In this document: positions 1 through 10,437 of the stretch, one piece after another
Position numbering within the stretch: the stretch's first letter is position 1
How the letters are laid out: each line of letters begins with the position of its first letter
NCBI GenBank assembly: GCA_902826325.1
Contig: CADEEK010000002.1
Span: 1 to 50,383, forward strand
Direction of reading: 5' to 3'
DNA length: 50,383 bases
Source of the DNA: an uncultured Sphingomonadales bacterium
GTDB taxonomy: Bacteria; Pseudomonadota; Alphaproteobacteria; Sphingomonadales; Sphingomonadaceae
Made by a program: the position numbers and the translations under genes
Notes under the pieces: generated by a model
Told to the model about the DNA's origin: nothing
The model's database searches: none
The model's input: only the letters and a program-made list of their open reading frames with translations

Positions 1-395
1 CGCTGTATCTCAAGACCAAGAATTTCCACTGGCATGTGTCCGGCCCGCATTTTCGCGACTATCATCTGCTGCTCGACGATCAGGCAGCGCAGATCCTGGC
101 CACCACCGACGCGATTGCGGAGCGCGTGCGCAAGACCGGCAATACCACGCTGCGTTCGATCGGCGACATTGCGCGGCACCAGACGATTGCGGACAATGAC
201 GCCGATTTCGTATCAGCCGCCGACATGCTTACCGAACTGCGCGAGGATAATCTGAAGCTCGTCGCGCTGCTGCGTGAAGCCAAGGACATTGTCGACGAGG
301 CGAAGGACAATGCGACCAGCGGCGTGCTCGACGACTGGACCGACCAGGCCGAGGAGCGCGCCTGGTTCCTGTTCGAAGCCAGCCGCAAGGGTTGA
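1..395 (+). CDS. dps: Dps-family DNA starvation/stationary-phase ferritin-like protein (5'-truncated by window edge)
   Basis: Frame from base 3 reads LYLKTKNFHWHVSGPHFRDYHLLLDDQ...TDAIAERVR...EERAWFL, the Dps signature motifs. Confidence 0.93.
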   Translation, partial: LYLKTKNFHWHVSGPHFRDYHLLLDDQAAQILATTDAIAERVRKTGNTTLRSIGDIARHQTIADNDADFVSAADMLTELREDNLKLVALLREAKDIVDEAKDNATSGVLDDWTDQAEERAWFLFEASRKG

Positions 396-475
396 GCGCG
401 ACCCGGCGGGCTTGCGCCGCGCGCCGATCGTCGCGATGAGCGGTCCGGTCCGGCCAGACCGGACCGATCGGGAAA

Positions 476-1666
476 TTGACATTGCACGACCGCCCCGCCG
501 CCTATGACGCGATTGTCCTGGGCGCGGGCGCGGCGGGGATGATGTGCGCGCTGACCGCCGGACAGCGCGGGCGGCGCGTGTTGTTGATCGATCATGCCGA
601 CCGGGTGGGGAAGAAGATCCTGATTTCGGGCGGCGGGCGCTGCAACTTCACCAATATCCATACCGCGCCCGACCGCTATATTTCGGCCAACCCGCATTTC
701 GCCAAATCGGCGCTGCGCCGCTACACGCCTCAGGATTTCCTGGCGCTGGTCGATCGGCATGGCATTGCGTGGCACGAAAAGACGCTGGGCCAGCTGTTCT
801 GCGACGGCAGCGCGCGGCAGATCGTCGCCATGCTGATCGACGAATGCGCGCGCGGCGGGGTGGAAATCGCGCTGGGCCACCCCGTCCGCGACATTGCCCA
901 TGGCGATGGCCGGTTCCGCGTCATGGTCGGCGAACGCGAGTCCAGTGCGCCGGCACTTGTGATCGCCACCGGCGGGCCGTCGATCCCGCAAATGGGCGCG
1001 AGCGGCTTTGCCTATGACCTCGCCCGCCGGTTCGGCCTCAAGCTGGTCGAGCCGCGCCCCGCGCTGGTGCCGATGACGCTGGGCGGCGCGGAAATCCTGT
1101 TCCGCGACCTGTCGGGGGTTGCCGCGCCGGTCGAAGCGCGCGCGGGCAAGGCGCGGTTTCGCGAGGCGGCGCTGTTCACCCATCGCGGCCTGTCCGGCCC
1201 CGCGATTTTGCAAATCAGCTCCTATTGGCGGCATGGCGAACCGGTCGAGATCGATTTCCTGCCCGATCGCAGCCCCGACTGGCTGACCGGCGCGAAGCGC
1301 GCGCAGCCGCGCGCCAATCTGCGCAAGCTGCTCGGCGCGGCGTTGCCGACCCGGCTGGCCGACACGCTTGCCGAGCAGCTCGCGCTCGACACCGAACTGG
1401 CCAACACGCCCGACCGCGCGCTGGCCGATGCGGCGCGGCGGCTGTCGGCCTGGCGCTTTCACCCCAACGGGACCGAGGGCTTTGCCAAGGCGGAGGTGAC
1501 GTCGGGCGGCATCGCCACGACCGGCCTGTCGTCACAGACGATGGCGGCGCGCGACGTGCCCGGCCTCTATGCGATCGGCGAAGCGGTCGACGTCACCGGA
1601 TGGCTGGGCGGCTATAATTTCCAATGGGCCTGGGCGAGCGGCTGGGCGGCGGGACAGGCGGTTTAG
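476..1666 (+). CDS. HI0933/YhiN/BaiN-family NAD(P)/FAD-dependent oxidoreductase
   Basis: GAGAAG Rossmann motif, GKKILISGGGRCNFTN, LFTHRGLSGPA, GEAVDVTGWLGGYNFQWAWASG. Confidence 0.93.
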   Translation: MTLHDRPAAYDAIVLGAGAAGMMCALTAGQRGRRVLLIDHADRVGKKILISGGGRCNFTNIHTAPDRYISANPHFAKSALRRYTPQDFLALVDRHGIAWHEKTLGQLFCDGSARQIVAMLIDECARGGVEIALGHPVRDIAHGDGRFRVMVGERESSAPALVIATGGPSIPQMGASGFAYDLARRFGLKLVEPRPALVPMTLGGAEILFRDLSGVAAPVEARAGKARFREAALFTHRGLSGPAILQISSYWRHGEPVEIDFLPDRSPDWLTGAKRAQPRANLRKLLGAALPTRLADTLAEQLALDTELANTPDRALADAARRLSAWRFHPNGTEGFAKAEVTSGGIATTGLSSQTMAARDVPGLYAIGEAVDVTGWLGGYNFQWAWASGWAAGQAV

Positions 1667-1724
1667 GGTTGGGAGTTTGGCGGTTCCTTGTTGGGTTGGG
1701 GCACCGGCCCGTTGAGTCTTTGTT

Positions 1725-1837
1725 TGGTTGCGGCACCGGCCCACGCCCCCACCCGGCCACCCATCGGCAGGATATTCTGGAATGGGTGGCCGGGTGGGGG
1801 CGTGGGCCGGTGCCGCAACCAGCGGGCGCAGCCCGCT
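1725..1837. repeat. Palindromic element copy 1: 40-bp perfect inverted repeat, 17-nt loop, adjacent 7-bp GCA-triloop hairpin
   Basis: 1725-1764 is the exact reverse complement of 1782-1821; loop CGGCAGGATATTCTGGA; then AGCGGGC-GCA-GCCCGCT; second copy at 7740-7851. Confidence 0.95.
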
Positions 1838-1842
1838 AATAG

Positions 1843-2433
<591 letters not shown>

Positions 2434-2569
2434 CGCCGATTTGGCGCTGAGTTAGCGCCGATTTGACGGCGCGCGAAAACTTCACGAAGCTGCATTGCAG
2501 CGCAACATGATTCTCCGGCCACACCAATACGGGCCGGACCAATGAGCGAGAGAAAGGGGCTTAGTTCCG

Positions 2570-3982
2570 ATGGCGAAAACCGCAGCCGACATTCTGAAGA
2601 TGGTGAAAGAGCATGAGATCGAGTGGATCGACCTGCGCTTCACCGATCCCAAGGGCAAGTGGCAGCATCTGTCGATGTGCGCCGGGGTGATGGGCGAGGA
2701 TGAGCTGAACGAAGGCCTGATGTTCGACGGTTCGTCGATCGAGGGTTGGAAGGCGATCAACGAATCCGACATGATCCTGAAGCCCGATCTGGACGCGGTG
2801 TGGATCGATCCGTTTTCGGCGACGCCGATGCTGATCCTGGTGTGCGACATCGTCGAGCCGTCGACCGGCGAACTCTATGCGCGCGATCCGCGTTCGACCG
2901 CCAAGCGTTCGGAGGCCTATCTCCAGTCGCTTGGCCTTGGCGACACCGTCTATGTCGGCCCGGAAGCCGAATTCTTCATGTTCGACGATGTGCGGTTCGA
3001 AAACACCTATTCGTCCAGCTATTATCAGCTCGACGATATCGAACTGCCCGGCAACAGCAGCAAGGAATATGAAACCGGCAATATGGGCCATCGCCCGCGC
3101 GCCAAGGGCGGCTATTTCCCCGTCGCCCCGGTCGACAGCGCGGTCGACATCCGTGGCGAGATGGTTTCGACCATGCTCGAAATGGGCCTGCCCTGCGACA
3201 AGCATCACCATGAAGTCGCCGCCGCGCAGCACGAACTGGGCCTGACCTTCGGCACGCTGGTGACGACGGCGGACCGCATGCAGATCTACAAATATGTCGT
3301 GCATCAGGTCGCCCATGCCTATGGCAAGACCGCGACCTTCATGCCCAAGCCGATCAAGGAAGATAACGGGTCGGGCATGCACACCCATATTTCGATCTGG
3401 GAAAAGGGCACGAACACCTTTGCCGGCAACGGCTATGCCGGCCTGTCCGAAACCTGCCTCTATTTCATCGGCGGCGTCATCAAGCATGCCAAGGCGCTGA
3501 ACGCCTTCACCAACCCGTCGACCAACAGCTACAAGCGGCTGGTGCCGGGATATGAGGCGCCGGTGCTGCTCGCCTATTCGGCGCGCAACCGTTCGGCGTC
3601 GTGCCGCATTCCGTACGGCGCGGGGACCAAGGCGAAGCGGGTCGAATTCCGCTTCCCCGATGCGCTGGCCAACCCGTATCTGTGCTATTCGGCGCTGCTG
3701 ATGGCGGGCCTGGACGGCATTCAGAACAAGATCCATCCGGGCGACCCGATGGACAAGAACCTGTATGACCTGCCGCCCGAGGAACTGAGCCTGGTGCCGA
3801 CCGTGTGCGGTTCGCTGCGCGAGGCGCTGGACAGCCTGGAGGCCGATATGGACTTCCTGCTGAAGGGCGATGTGTTCACCAAGGATCAGATCGAAGCCTA
3901 TGTCGAGCTGAAGCGTGAAGACGTCGCGCGCTGGGAAATGACGCCCAGCCCGGTCGAGTTCGACATGTACTATTCGGCCTGA
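2570..3982 (+). CDS. glnA: Glutamine synthetase type I
   Basis: [39 protein letters not shown], adenylylation site KNLYDLPPE. Confidence 0.98.
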   Translation: MAKTAADILKMVKEHEIEWIDLRFTDPKGKWQHLSMCAGVMGEDELNEGLMFDGSSIEGWKAINESDMILKPDLDAVWIDPFSATPMLILVCDIVEPSTGELYARDPRSTAKRSEAYLQSLGLGDTVYVGPEAEFFMFDDVRFENTYSSSYYQLDDIELPGNSSKEYETGNMGHRPRAKGGYFPVAPVDSAVDIRGEMVSTMLEMGLPCDKHHHEVAAAQHELGLTFGTLVTTADRMQIYKYVVHQVAHAYGKTATFMPKPIKEDNGSGMHTHISIWEKGTNTFAGNGYAGLSETCLYFIGGVIKHAKALNAFTNPSTNSYKRLVPGYEAPVLLAYSARNRSASCRIPYGAGTKAKRVEFRFPDALANPYLCYSALLMAGLDGIQNKIHPGDPMDKNLYDLPPEELSLVPTVCGSLREALDSLEADMDFLLKGDVFTKDQIEAYVELKREDVARWEMTPSPVEFDMYYSA

Positions 3983-4036
3983 CGGCCGGAGCCTTCGGGT
4001 TCGGCCTGACGGCCGGAGCCTTCGGGTTCCGCCTGA
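3973..4036 (+). repeat. 27-bp tandem duplication spanning the glnA stop codon
   Basis: TTCGGCCTGACGGCCGGAGCCTTCGGG at 3973-3999 and 4000-4026, then partial TTCCGCCTGA. Confidence 0.92.
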
Positions 4037-4085
4037 TCGCGGAACGATTTTCCGCGCCGCTTCGGGGGAGGCGGCGCCGGACAGC

Positions 4086-4123
4086 AAGCGCCTGGATCCA
4101 GATGGGTCCAGGCGCTTTTTGTT
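4086..4123 (+). terminator. Rho-independent terminator of glnBA
   Basis: AAGCGCCTGGATCC / GGGTCCAGGCGCTT stem running into a T-rich tract. Confidence 0.85.
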
Positions 4124-4151
4124 GGTGCGGTGCGGTAGCGCGGCTCGCGCC

Positions 4152-4191
4152 ATGTCATTCCCCGGTCGCAATTTCGTCACGCCCATGAAAC
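4152..4191 (+). promoter_or_regulatory. Putative PhoB (Pho) box array
   Basis: GTCAT, GTCGC, GTCAC, GAAAC half-sites start at 4154, 4165, 4176 and 4187 (exact 11-bp period) upstream of a phytase operon. Confidence 0.7.
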
Positions 4192-4262
4192 GGGATTCAC
4201 ATCGAACTGACACGTCCCGCGCCTAGCGCCCCCGCAACTTGATCACAGGGGGACCGATTCAC

Positions 4263-6590
4263 ATGCGCTCGATCGTTCAAACGCTGGCCGGGGCCAGCTT
4301 CACCACTATCGCCATTATCCTGACCGCACCTGCGCTGGCGCAGGACGCCGCCGAAGCGGCGGCGGACGAGCGGATCGAATCGTCGAGCGAAATCGTCGTC
4401 AACGGCGCCATCGCCTATCGCAACCGCACCGAAGGCGCCGAGCCGGAACTGGTTTATGATCAGGAGTTCTTTCAACGGTTCGAGCCGCTGACCGCGGGCG
4501 ATGCGCTGAAGCGGGTGCCGTCGGTGACGTTCCTGTCCGACGTGATCGAAAGCGACGGCGCGCGCCTGCGCGGCCTCGACCCCGGTTATACGCAGATCCT
4601 GATCAACGGCGACAAGGTGCCCGGATCGAACGCCGACCGCAGCTTCTTTCTCGACCGCATTCCGGCGGAACTGGTCAAGCAGGTCGAAATCGTCCGCTCC
4701 GCCTCCGCCCGCCGCACCGGCGATGCGGTGGCGGGCACGCTCAACATCGTGTTGCGCGACGGCTATCAGCTCGACGGCGGCTATGCCCGTGGCGGCGCGC
4801 TGTTCTTTGACGACGGGATGGTCAAGCCGAGCTTTGGCGCGGTGCTGGGCACCCAGGCGGGACCGGGCCGCCTGCTGATCGGTGCGAACGTGCAGGGCCG
4901 CTACAACCCCAAGCAGAAGTTCAGCCTGCGTTATGCCGATTCGCCGGAAAACAACCCGACCTATGCGACCGACGATTTCGACAATCGCGAGGATCAGTCG
5001 GACGTGCGCGACGGCACCGATTATTCGTTCAACGCCAGCTATTCGGTCGAGAACGAAACCACGCAGATCGAACTTTCGGGCTTTTGGGTCCATACTGATC
5101 GGCTGGAGAATGAACGGTCGTTCGAATATGAACATCCGACCAACATCAACGGGTCGATCCGTGCGGGCGGCGACCTTGTGGTCGACAATTCGAACATCAA
5201 CGGCATCAAGCAATATAATTACAGCCTTGCTGCGGAGCTGGGTCAGGAATGGGGCGCAGGCAAGACCAAGCTGAAGGTCGGTTTCGCCAAGTTCATCGAC
5301 AATCAGTGGGAAACCGAAAACGAGATCGAATTCGACCGCGCCGTGCCGCGCTTCACCGGCGACCGGTTCGACACCTATATCGTCGACAAGGAGGTTTCGG
5401 CGGGCCTGGAGCATGAGATCGCACTTGGCGATGCGTTCGACCTGGTGTTCGGCGGCTTTTACCAGCACAAGATCCGCGACACCGACATTCAGGAAGCGAC
5501 GCGCCAGCGGTTCAACCTGACCGCGCCCGCGCATGGCTGGAACCAGTTCCAGGCGAGCCCGGATCAATTCGCCGCCGGATTTGTCGGCTTTGCGCCGATC
5601 GTCGGCGGCCTCAGCCGGATCGAAGAGACGCGCAAGGACCTGTTCGCGCTCGTCGAGGGCGATGGCAGCGCGGTGACGTGGGAGGTCGGCCTGCGCTGGG
5701 AAAATACCCGCAGCCGCATCGACGATCTGACCACCGCCGCCGGGGCGATCCGCCGGGACTATGACCATCTGTTGCCCAGCGCGTCAGCCAAGATCAGGGT
5801 CGGCAATGGCGGGCGCATCACCATATCGGGTGCGCGCACGGTGAAGCGCCCGCGTTTCGACTTCATCGCGCCGGTGCTGATCGAGGCGGAGCTGGGCGAC
5901 AACGACCTGCTCGGCAACCCGCAGCTGCGCCCGGAAAGCGCGTGGGGCGCGGACCTTGGCTTTGAACAGCGGATCGGTCGCACGGGGGTGGCGGGCGTCA
6001 ACGTCTTTTATCGCGACGTCACCGATCTGGTGGAAATGTTCAACACCGGCGCGGTCGGTTCGGAAGGCCCCGGCACCTTCGTCCTGCAGCCGCGCAACAG
6101 CGGCAAGGGCAAGGTCTATGGCATCGAATTCGACCTTTCGACCGGCCTTGGCTTTATGGGCCTGCCCGACACCGGCATTTTCGGCAATCTGTCGCTGCTC
6201 GACAGCGAAGTGACCGATTTCGCGGGCAAGCGCCGGTTCAACGGCCAGTCGAACATCGTCTATAATTTCGGCTTTATCCAGAACATCCCAAGCTTTGGCG
6301 CGGCGTTCGGCGCAACCTATCGCAAGCAGGGGCCGGCCTATGACCGGCTGGTCGCCGAAGAGGTCCGCACCAGCTATGGCGCCGATCTGGAAGTGTTCGT
6401 CGAAAAGCGGTTCGGCAAGCGCTTCACGGTCCGCGCGGTCGGCTCCAACCTGCTCGACGGGTCGAAGGACGAGGTGTTCAACAAGTTCAACACACTCGCC
6501 GAACAGGCCGCGCGCGATTTCGACGAATATGAGCTGGAGACCGAATCGGCTGGCCCGGTGTTTCAGGTCATGGCACGACTGGCCTTCTGA
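4263..6590 (+). CDS. TonB-dependent receptor (phytase-associated)
   Basis: Signal peptide ending ALAQD, EIVV TonB box, plug motif LRGLDPGYTQILING...IPAELVKQVEIVR, GNPQLRPE, C-terminal Phe. Confidence 0.93.
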   Translation: MRSIVQTLAGASFTTIAIILTAPALAQDAAEAAADERIESSSEIVVNGAIAYRNRTEGAEPELVYDQEFFQRFEPLTAGDALKRVPSVTFLSDVIESDGARLRGLDPGYTQILINGDKVPGSNADRSFFLDRIPAELVKQVEIVRSASARRTGDAVAGTLNIVLRDGYQLDGGYARGGALFFDDGMVKPSFGAVLGTQAGPGRLLIGANVQGRYNPKQKFSLRYADSPENNPTYATDDFDNREDQSDVRDGTDYSFNASYSVENETTQIELSGFWVHTDRLENERSFEYEHPTNINGSIRAGGDLVVDNSNINGIKQYNYSLAAELGQEWGAGKTKLKVGFAKFIDNQWETENEIEFDRAVPRFTGDRFDTYIVDKEVSAGLEHEIALGDAFDLVFGGFYQHKIRDTDIQEATRQRFNLTAPAHGWNQFQASPDQFAAGFVGFAPIVGGLSRIEETRKDLFALVEGDGSAVTWEVGLRWENTRSRIDDLTTAAGAIRRDYDHLLPSASAKIRVGNGGRITISGARTVKRPRFDFIAPVLIEAELGDNDLLGNPQLRPESAWGADLGFEQRIGRTGVAGVNVFYRDVTDLVEMFNTGAVGSEGPGTFVLQPRNSGKGKVYGIEFDLSTGLGFMGLPDTGIFGNLSLLDSEVTDFAGKRRFNGQSNIVYNFGFIQNIPSFGAAFGATYRKQGPAYDRLVAEEVRTSYGADLEVFVEKRFGKRFTVRAVGSNLLDGSKDEVFNKFNTLAEQAARDFDEYELETESAGPVFQVMARLAF

Positions 6591-7639
6591 TGCGCAGCCA
6601 CATGATCGCCCTCACCCTGCTGCCGTTCGCGGTGGCGGGGTGCGCCACCACCGCCGCCGATGTGCCGGTGGTGCCCACCACGCCAGCCGCCAGCGTCCAG
6701 GCGCGCGGCGAAACGGCGGCGGTCGGCACCGCCAATGCCGATGCGGCGGACGATCCGGCGATCTGGCGCAATGCGGCGGACCCGGCGGCCAGCCTGATCG
6801 TCGGCACCGACAAGAAGGCGGGGCTGCACGTTTACGACCTGATGGGGCGCGACCGGTTCTTCATCGATGCCGGACAGGTCAACAATGTCGATCTGAAGGA
6901 TATGGGGCCGCTTGGCGTCATCGTCGCAGCGAGCGATCGCAACGATCGCAAGCATGCGCGGCTTGCGCTGTTCCGGCTCGACACAGCCGCGGCGAGGCTG
7001 ATCCCGCTCGGCACGATTCCGGTCGGGGCGGGCGAAGCCTATGGCATCTGCCTGTATCGCAGCGGCGATACGCTGCTCGCCTTCAACATCATCAAGGACG
7101 GGACGATCCGCCAGGTCGCGATCGACCTGACCGGCGCGGCGCCGCGCGGCACGATCGTGCGCACGATGAAGCTGGCGACCCAGTCCGAAGGCTGTGTCGT
7201 CGATGAACGCACCCACCGGCTTTACGTCGCCGAGGAGGATGTGGGGGTATGGCGGTTCGATGCGCGCGCCGATGGATCGGGCGATCCGATCGCGATGGCG
7301 CGGGCCGATGGGCAGCGGATCGTGGCCGATACCGAAGGGGTGACGATCGCGCCGCAGGGGCCGGGGAATAGCGGCTATCTGATCGTGTCGAGCCAGGGCG
7401 ATCATGCCTATGCCGTCTATCGCCTGTCCGACGACGGTTTTGTCGGGCGCTTTCGCCTGACGGCGGGGCGGCTGGGCGCGACCGAGGAGACCGACGGCAT
7501 CGACATCGCGCTGGGCGATTTCGGCCCCGATTATCCCGGCGGGCTGTTCGTGGCGCAGGACGGTTATAACCCGCCCCGGGCGCAGAATTTCAAGATGGCG
7601 AGCTGGGCCGATATCAAGGCGGCGCTGGGGCTCGACTGA
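6590..7639 (+). CDS. Beta-propeller phytase, predicted lipoprotein
   Basis: DAADDPAIW, GTDKKAGL, NNVDL, QSEGCVVD, LYVAEED, VSSQGD, GLFVAQDG, QNFK; lipobox-like AVAGC; TGATG overlap with the receptor gene. Confidence 0.93.
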   Translation: MRSHMIALTLLPFAVAGCATTAADVPVVPTTPAASVQARGETAAVGTANADAADDPAIWRNAADPAASLIVGTDKKAGLHVYDLMGRDRFFIDAGQVNNVDLKDMGPLGVIVAASDRNDRKHARLALFRLDTAAARLIPLGTIPVGAGEAYGICLYRSGDTLLAFNIIKDGTIRQVAIDLTGAAPRGTIVRTMKLATQSEGCVVDERTHRLYVAEEDVGVWRFDARADGSGDPIAMARADGQRIVADTEGVTIAPQGPGNSGYLIVSSQGDHAYAVYRLSDDGFVGRFRLTAGRLGATEETDGIDIALGDFGPDYPGGLFVAQDGYNPPRAQNFKMASWADIKAALGLD

Positions 7640-7739
7640 GCGGGGCGGGTTGGTGCTTGTTCGCTGAACCAGCCCGCGCATCCGCCGGGAGTCTTTGTTG
7701 GGTTTCCGCACCGGCCCGCTCCCCCACGCGCTTTTGTTG

Positions 7740-7851
7740 GGTAGCCGCACCGGCCCGCTCCCCCACCCGGCCACCCATCGGCAGGATATTCTGGAATGGG
7801 TGGCCGGGTGGGGGAGCGGGCCGGTGCGGCTACCAGCGGGCGCAGCCCGCT
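7740..7851. repeat. Palindromic element copy 2: 39-bp perfect inverted repeat, same 17-nt loop and GCA-triloop hairpin
   Basis: 7740-7778 is the reverse complement of 7796-7834; loop identical to copy 1; a partial direct copy of the left arm precedes it at about 7692-7727. Confidence 0.95.
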
Positions 7852-7864
7852 AAAAGAAGCTCTT

Positions 7865-8968
7865 CTAGCCGTTGGGTCCGCGGTTGCCGCTGCGCCGCCA
7901 CAGGCCGCCGAGCAGGCGTGCGGCGACGCCGGTCAGCCCCGGCCTGACGAACAGCCAGTCGCGGATCGCGGGACCGGCATCGGCGCCGATCACCCGCTTG
8001 TAACCACTGTCGCCCGCGCCCCAGTCGACGCGGCGGATGCCGTCGTCGATCGCGCGGACCAGGTTGCGATAGTAGAGCAGCTTGCCCGGCGAATGTTTGC
8101 CGACGCGCGGGTAATAGCTGTTGGCGATGGCGTATTTGAGGTCGCCCGCATTCATGTCGAACGAAAAGGCCATCGCCTCCCCGTCGATGCGCAGCACCGC
8201 CGCCCACATCATCTGTGCGATCACCGGATCGGCGGCGGCCGCGCGCCAGAAGCCGCCATGGCCGGCATCGGTGAATTTCGCGTCGCCGCCATCAGTGCGT
8301 TCGGCGATCCAGCTGCGCCGTTCCACGCCCGCGAGTTCGTCGAACGCGGCGCCGGTCCATTGCTCGCCGGAAACGAACGACCAGTCGAGCGCGCCATGAT
8401 CGCCCAGATGCTTTTCATGGAAGCGATTCTTGCGCAGCGTCGAATTGCGCGGCCAGGTGCCGTCCGCGCGGAGCGCCGCCATGTCGAGCAGGAAGCTTTC
8501 GGCGACGAAGCGGGGCAGCGCCACCCAGCCCCTTGCGCTGGCTGCCGCGCGCAGCCCTTCGAGCGCGGGGTCGCCGTCATAGACCGGGCCGATGCGCAGT
8601 GCGGTGGCCGATCGGCCGAGTTCGTCCAGCAGCCGCTCGAACGCTTCCACCCCGGCATCGGCGGCGGCGGGAAAACTGCGGAACGGCCAGTAGCATCCCG
8701 GGACGCTGACCGCGCGCAGGGCCTGCGGGCCGAGCGGGACGAATGGCAGCGCGAGCAGCGGCACCCCTTCCCGCGCGACGGTGATGGTGCGCGCCGCCCC
8801 GCCATAGGTCGCAAGCGCCGCGGCGAACCAGCCATAGCGCAGGAAGCGCGCCGGCGGCGCTGCACGGTCGGCAACGCTGTCCAGCGCGCTCGACAGGCCA
8901 TCGCAGCAACTGACGCTGAACAGCGGCGGCAGGCGGGTGAAATCGGCAAGGGGCATTGGCCGGGTCAT
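7865..8968 (-). CDS. GNAT-family acetyltransferase (CelD/BcsL-like)
   Basis: C-terminal LRIDGEAMAF...YAIANSY...SPGKLL...VDWGAGDSGYK pattern; start chosen at MTRPM. Confidence 0.75.
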   Translation of the reverse strand: MTRPMPLADFTRLPPLFSVSCCDGLSSALDSVADRAAPPARFLRYGWFAAALATYGGAARTITVAREGVPLLALPFVPLGPQALRAVSVPGCYWPFRSFPAAADAGVEAFERLLDELGRSATALRIGPVYDGDPALEGLRAAASARGWVALPRFVAESFLLDMAALRADGTWPRNSTLRKNRFHEKHLGDHGALDWSFVSGEQWTGAAFDELAGVERRSWIAERTDGGDAKFTDAGHGGFWRAAAADPVIAQMMWAAVLRIDGEAMAFSFDMNAGDLKYAIANSYYPRVGKHSPGKLLYYRNLVRAIDDGIRRVDWGAGDSGYKRVIGADAGPAIRDWLFVRPGLTGVAARLLGGLWRRSGNRGPNG

Positions 8969-9047
8969 GCCTGCGCCATAGCCGCAATGCGTTACCAAGC
9001 CGTGCAAGCCGCTTGGCGCGCACGCGCCGCTGCCATAGAAAGCGGGC

Positions 9048-9509
9048 ATGGCCCCGCCGATGCTCGCTACCGTTGCCGCGACGATTCAGATCGCGATCGC
9101 GCCCGTCTTCCTGCTCGCCGGGATTGCCGGGATATTGAACGTGCTGGTCGGGCGGATGGCGCGGGTGGTCGACCGGGCGCGCAACATCGAAAAGCTGCAT
9201 CCGGTATCGACCGGCGCAGAACATGAGCGGCATGTCTGGGAATTGCGCCTGATCGATCGCCGCCTGTCGATCATCAACAGCGCGATCGCGCTGTGCGTGG
9301 GCAGCGGGGTCGCCATCTGCCTGGTCGTCGCGCTGTTGTTCGGCGCGGAGCTGACCCATCTCGACATTGGCGGGGTGGTCGCGGTGGCATTCATCGCGTC
9401 GATGCTGTTGCTGACCGCGGGGCTGATCGCGTTCCTGATCGAGGTGCGCCTGTCGATCCGCGCGGTGCATGTGCGCGAGGAATTGCTGGAGCGCGACCGG
9501 GAAGGTTAG
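9048..9509 (+). CDS. DUF2721-like small membrane protein
   Basis: IQIAIAPVFLLAGIAGILNV..GRMARVVDRAR motif with three hydrophobic segments; start may be 9060. Confidence 0.8.
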   Translation: MAPPMLATVAATIQIAIAPVFLLAGIAGILNVLVGRMARVVDRARNIEKLHPVSTGAEHERHVWELRLIDRRLSIINSAIALCVGSGVAICLVVALLFGAELTHLDIGGVVAVAFIASMLLLTAGLIAFLIEVRLSIRAVHVREELLERDREG

Positions 9510-9580
9510 CGGGGTTGGCCGGATCGACTCGCTGTCCGATCTTGAGCCGCAGCCAAGCTATCCTGTCGGCAATAGAAAAG

Positions 9581-9609
9581 CGGGACCCCGGCTCAAGGCC
9601 GGGGTGACG
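9581..9609 (-). repeat. CGTC-type REP palindrome
   Basis: Reverse strand CGTCACCCCGGCCTTGAGCCGGGGTCCCG between convergent genes; relatives at 41326, 43713 and 48825. Confidence 0.8.
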
Positions 9610-9640
9610 AAATTGATGTGACGGGTTTCTGCCGGCCGCT

Positions 9641-10180
9641 TCAGAACGGCACGTCGTCGTCGAGGTCGTTGGGGAAGTCGCCGCCGCCGCGCGATCCGCC
9701 GCCGCTGCCGCCGCCATAGCCGCCGCCGCCGCGATTACTCGACTGGCCGGCGAAGTCATTGCCGCCGCCGCCCCAATCGTCGCCGCCGCGCGATCCACCA
9801 CCGCCGCCGCCGCCGCCGCCCGAACCGGGGGCGCCGTCGAGCATGGTCAGGACGGCGTTGAACCCCTGGAGCACGATTTCGGTCGAATAGCGGTCCTGGC
9901 CCTGCTGATCCTGCCATTTGCGGGTGGTCAGCGCACCTTCGACATAGACCTTGCTGCCCTTGCGCAGATAGCGTTCGGCGACATTGGCGAGGCCTTCGTT
10001 GAAGATCTTGACCGTGTGCCATTCGGTCTTTTCCTTGCGCTCGCCGCTGTTGCGGTCCTTCCAGCTTTCGCTGGTCGCGATGCGCAGTTCGACGACCTTG
10101 CCGCCGTTCGAGAAGGACCGGCTTTCGGGATCGCGCCCCAGATTGCCGACCAGGATCACCTTGTTGACGCTGCCCGCCAT
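9641..10180 (-). CDS. ssb: Single-stranded DNA-binding protein
   Basis: [23 protein letters not shown], Gly-rich linker, DLDDDVPF tail. Confidence 0.98.
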   Translation of the reverse strand: MAGSVNKVILVGNLGRDPESRSFSNGGKVVELRIATSESWKDRNSGERKEKTEWHTVKIFNEGLANVAERYLRKGSKVYVEGALTTRKWQDQQGQDRYSTEIVLQGFNAVLTMLDGAPGSGGGGGGGGGSRGGDDWGGGGNDFAGQSSNRGGGGYGGGSGGGSRGGGDFPNDLDDDVPF

Positions 10181-10230
10181 GGAATCTCCGCTGTCCGATC
10201 GTTAGTATCTCGGGAAAAGGGGTAGTCGCG

Positions 10231-10404
10231 ATGGGCGAGGTCATCAACCTCAACAAGGCCAGGAAGACGCGGGCAAGGGCCGATGCGCAAGCAAAGGCTG
10301 TGGAGAACCGCGCGAAATTCGGGCGGACCAGGGCGCAAAAGGCCGCGGAAAGCGCCGAACGCGACCGGATCGCGCGCATGATCGACGATTCGAAACGCGA
10401 CTGA
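10231..10404 (+). CDS. DUF4169-like small basic protein, 57 aa (not in the ORF track)
   Basis: MGEVINLNKARKTRARADAQAKAVENRAKFGRTRAQK...SKRD*; VINL..ARK / NRAKFGRT pattern; purine-rich RBS upstream. Confidence 0.8.
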   Translation: MGEVINLNKARKTRARADAQAKAVENRAKFGRTRAQKAAESAERDRIARMIDDSKRD

Positions 10405-10437
10405 ACCCCGTTTCGGCTTCGCCGCGATCAAGCGGCC

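Noticed and set aside
441..466. 10-bp perfect hairpin CGGTCCGGTC/GACCGGACCG after dps
   Set aside because: No U-tract and no second copy; probably an ordinary mRNA stem
2434..2569. Hairpins and a short CGCCGATTT direct repeat between glnB and glnA
   Set aside because: Could be a processing signal but too short and generic to call
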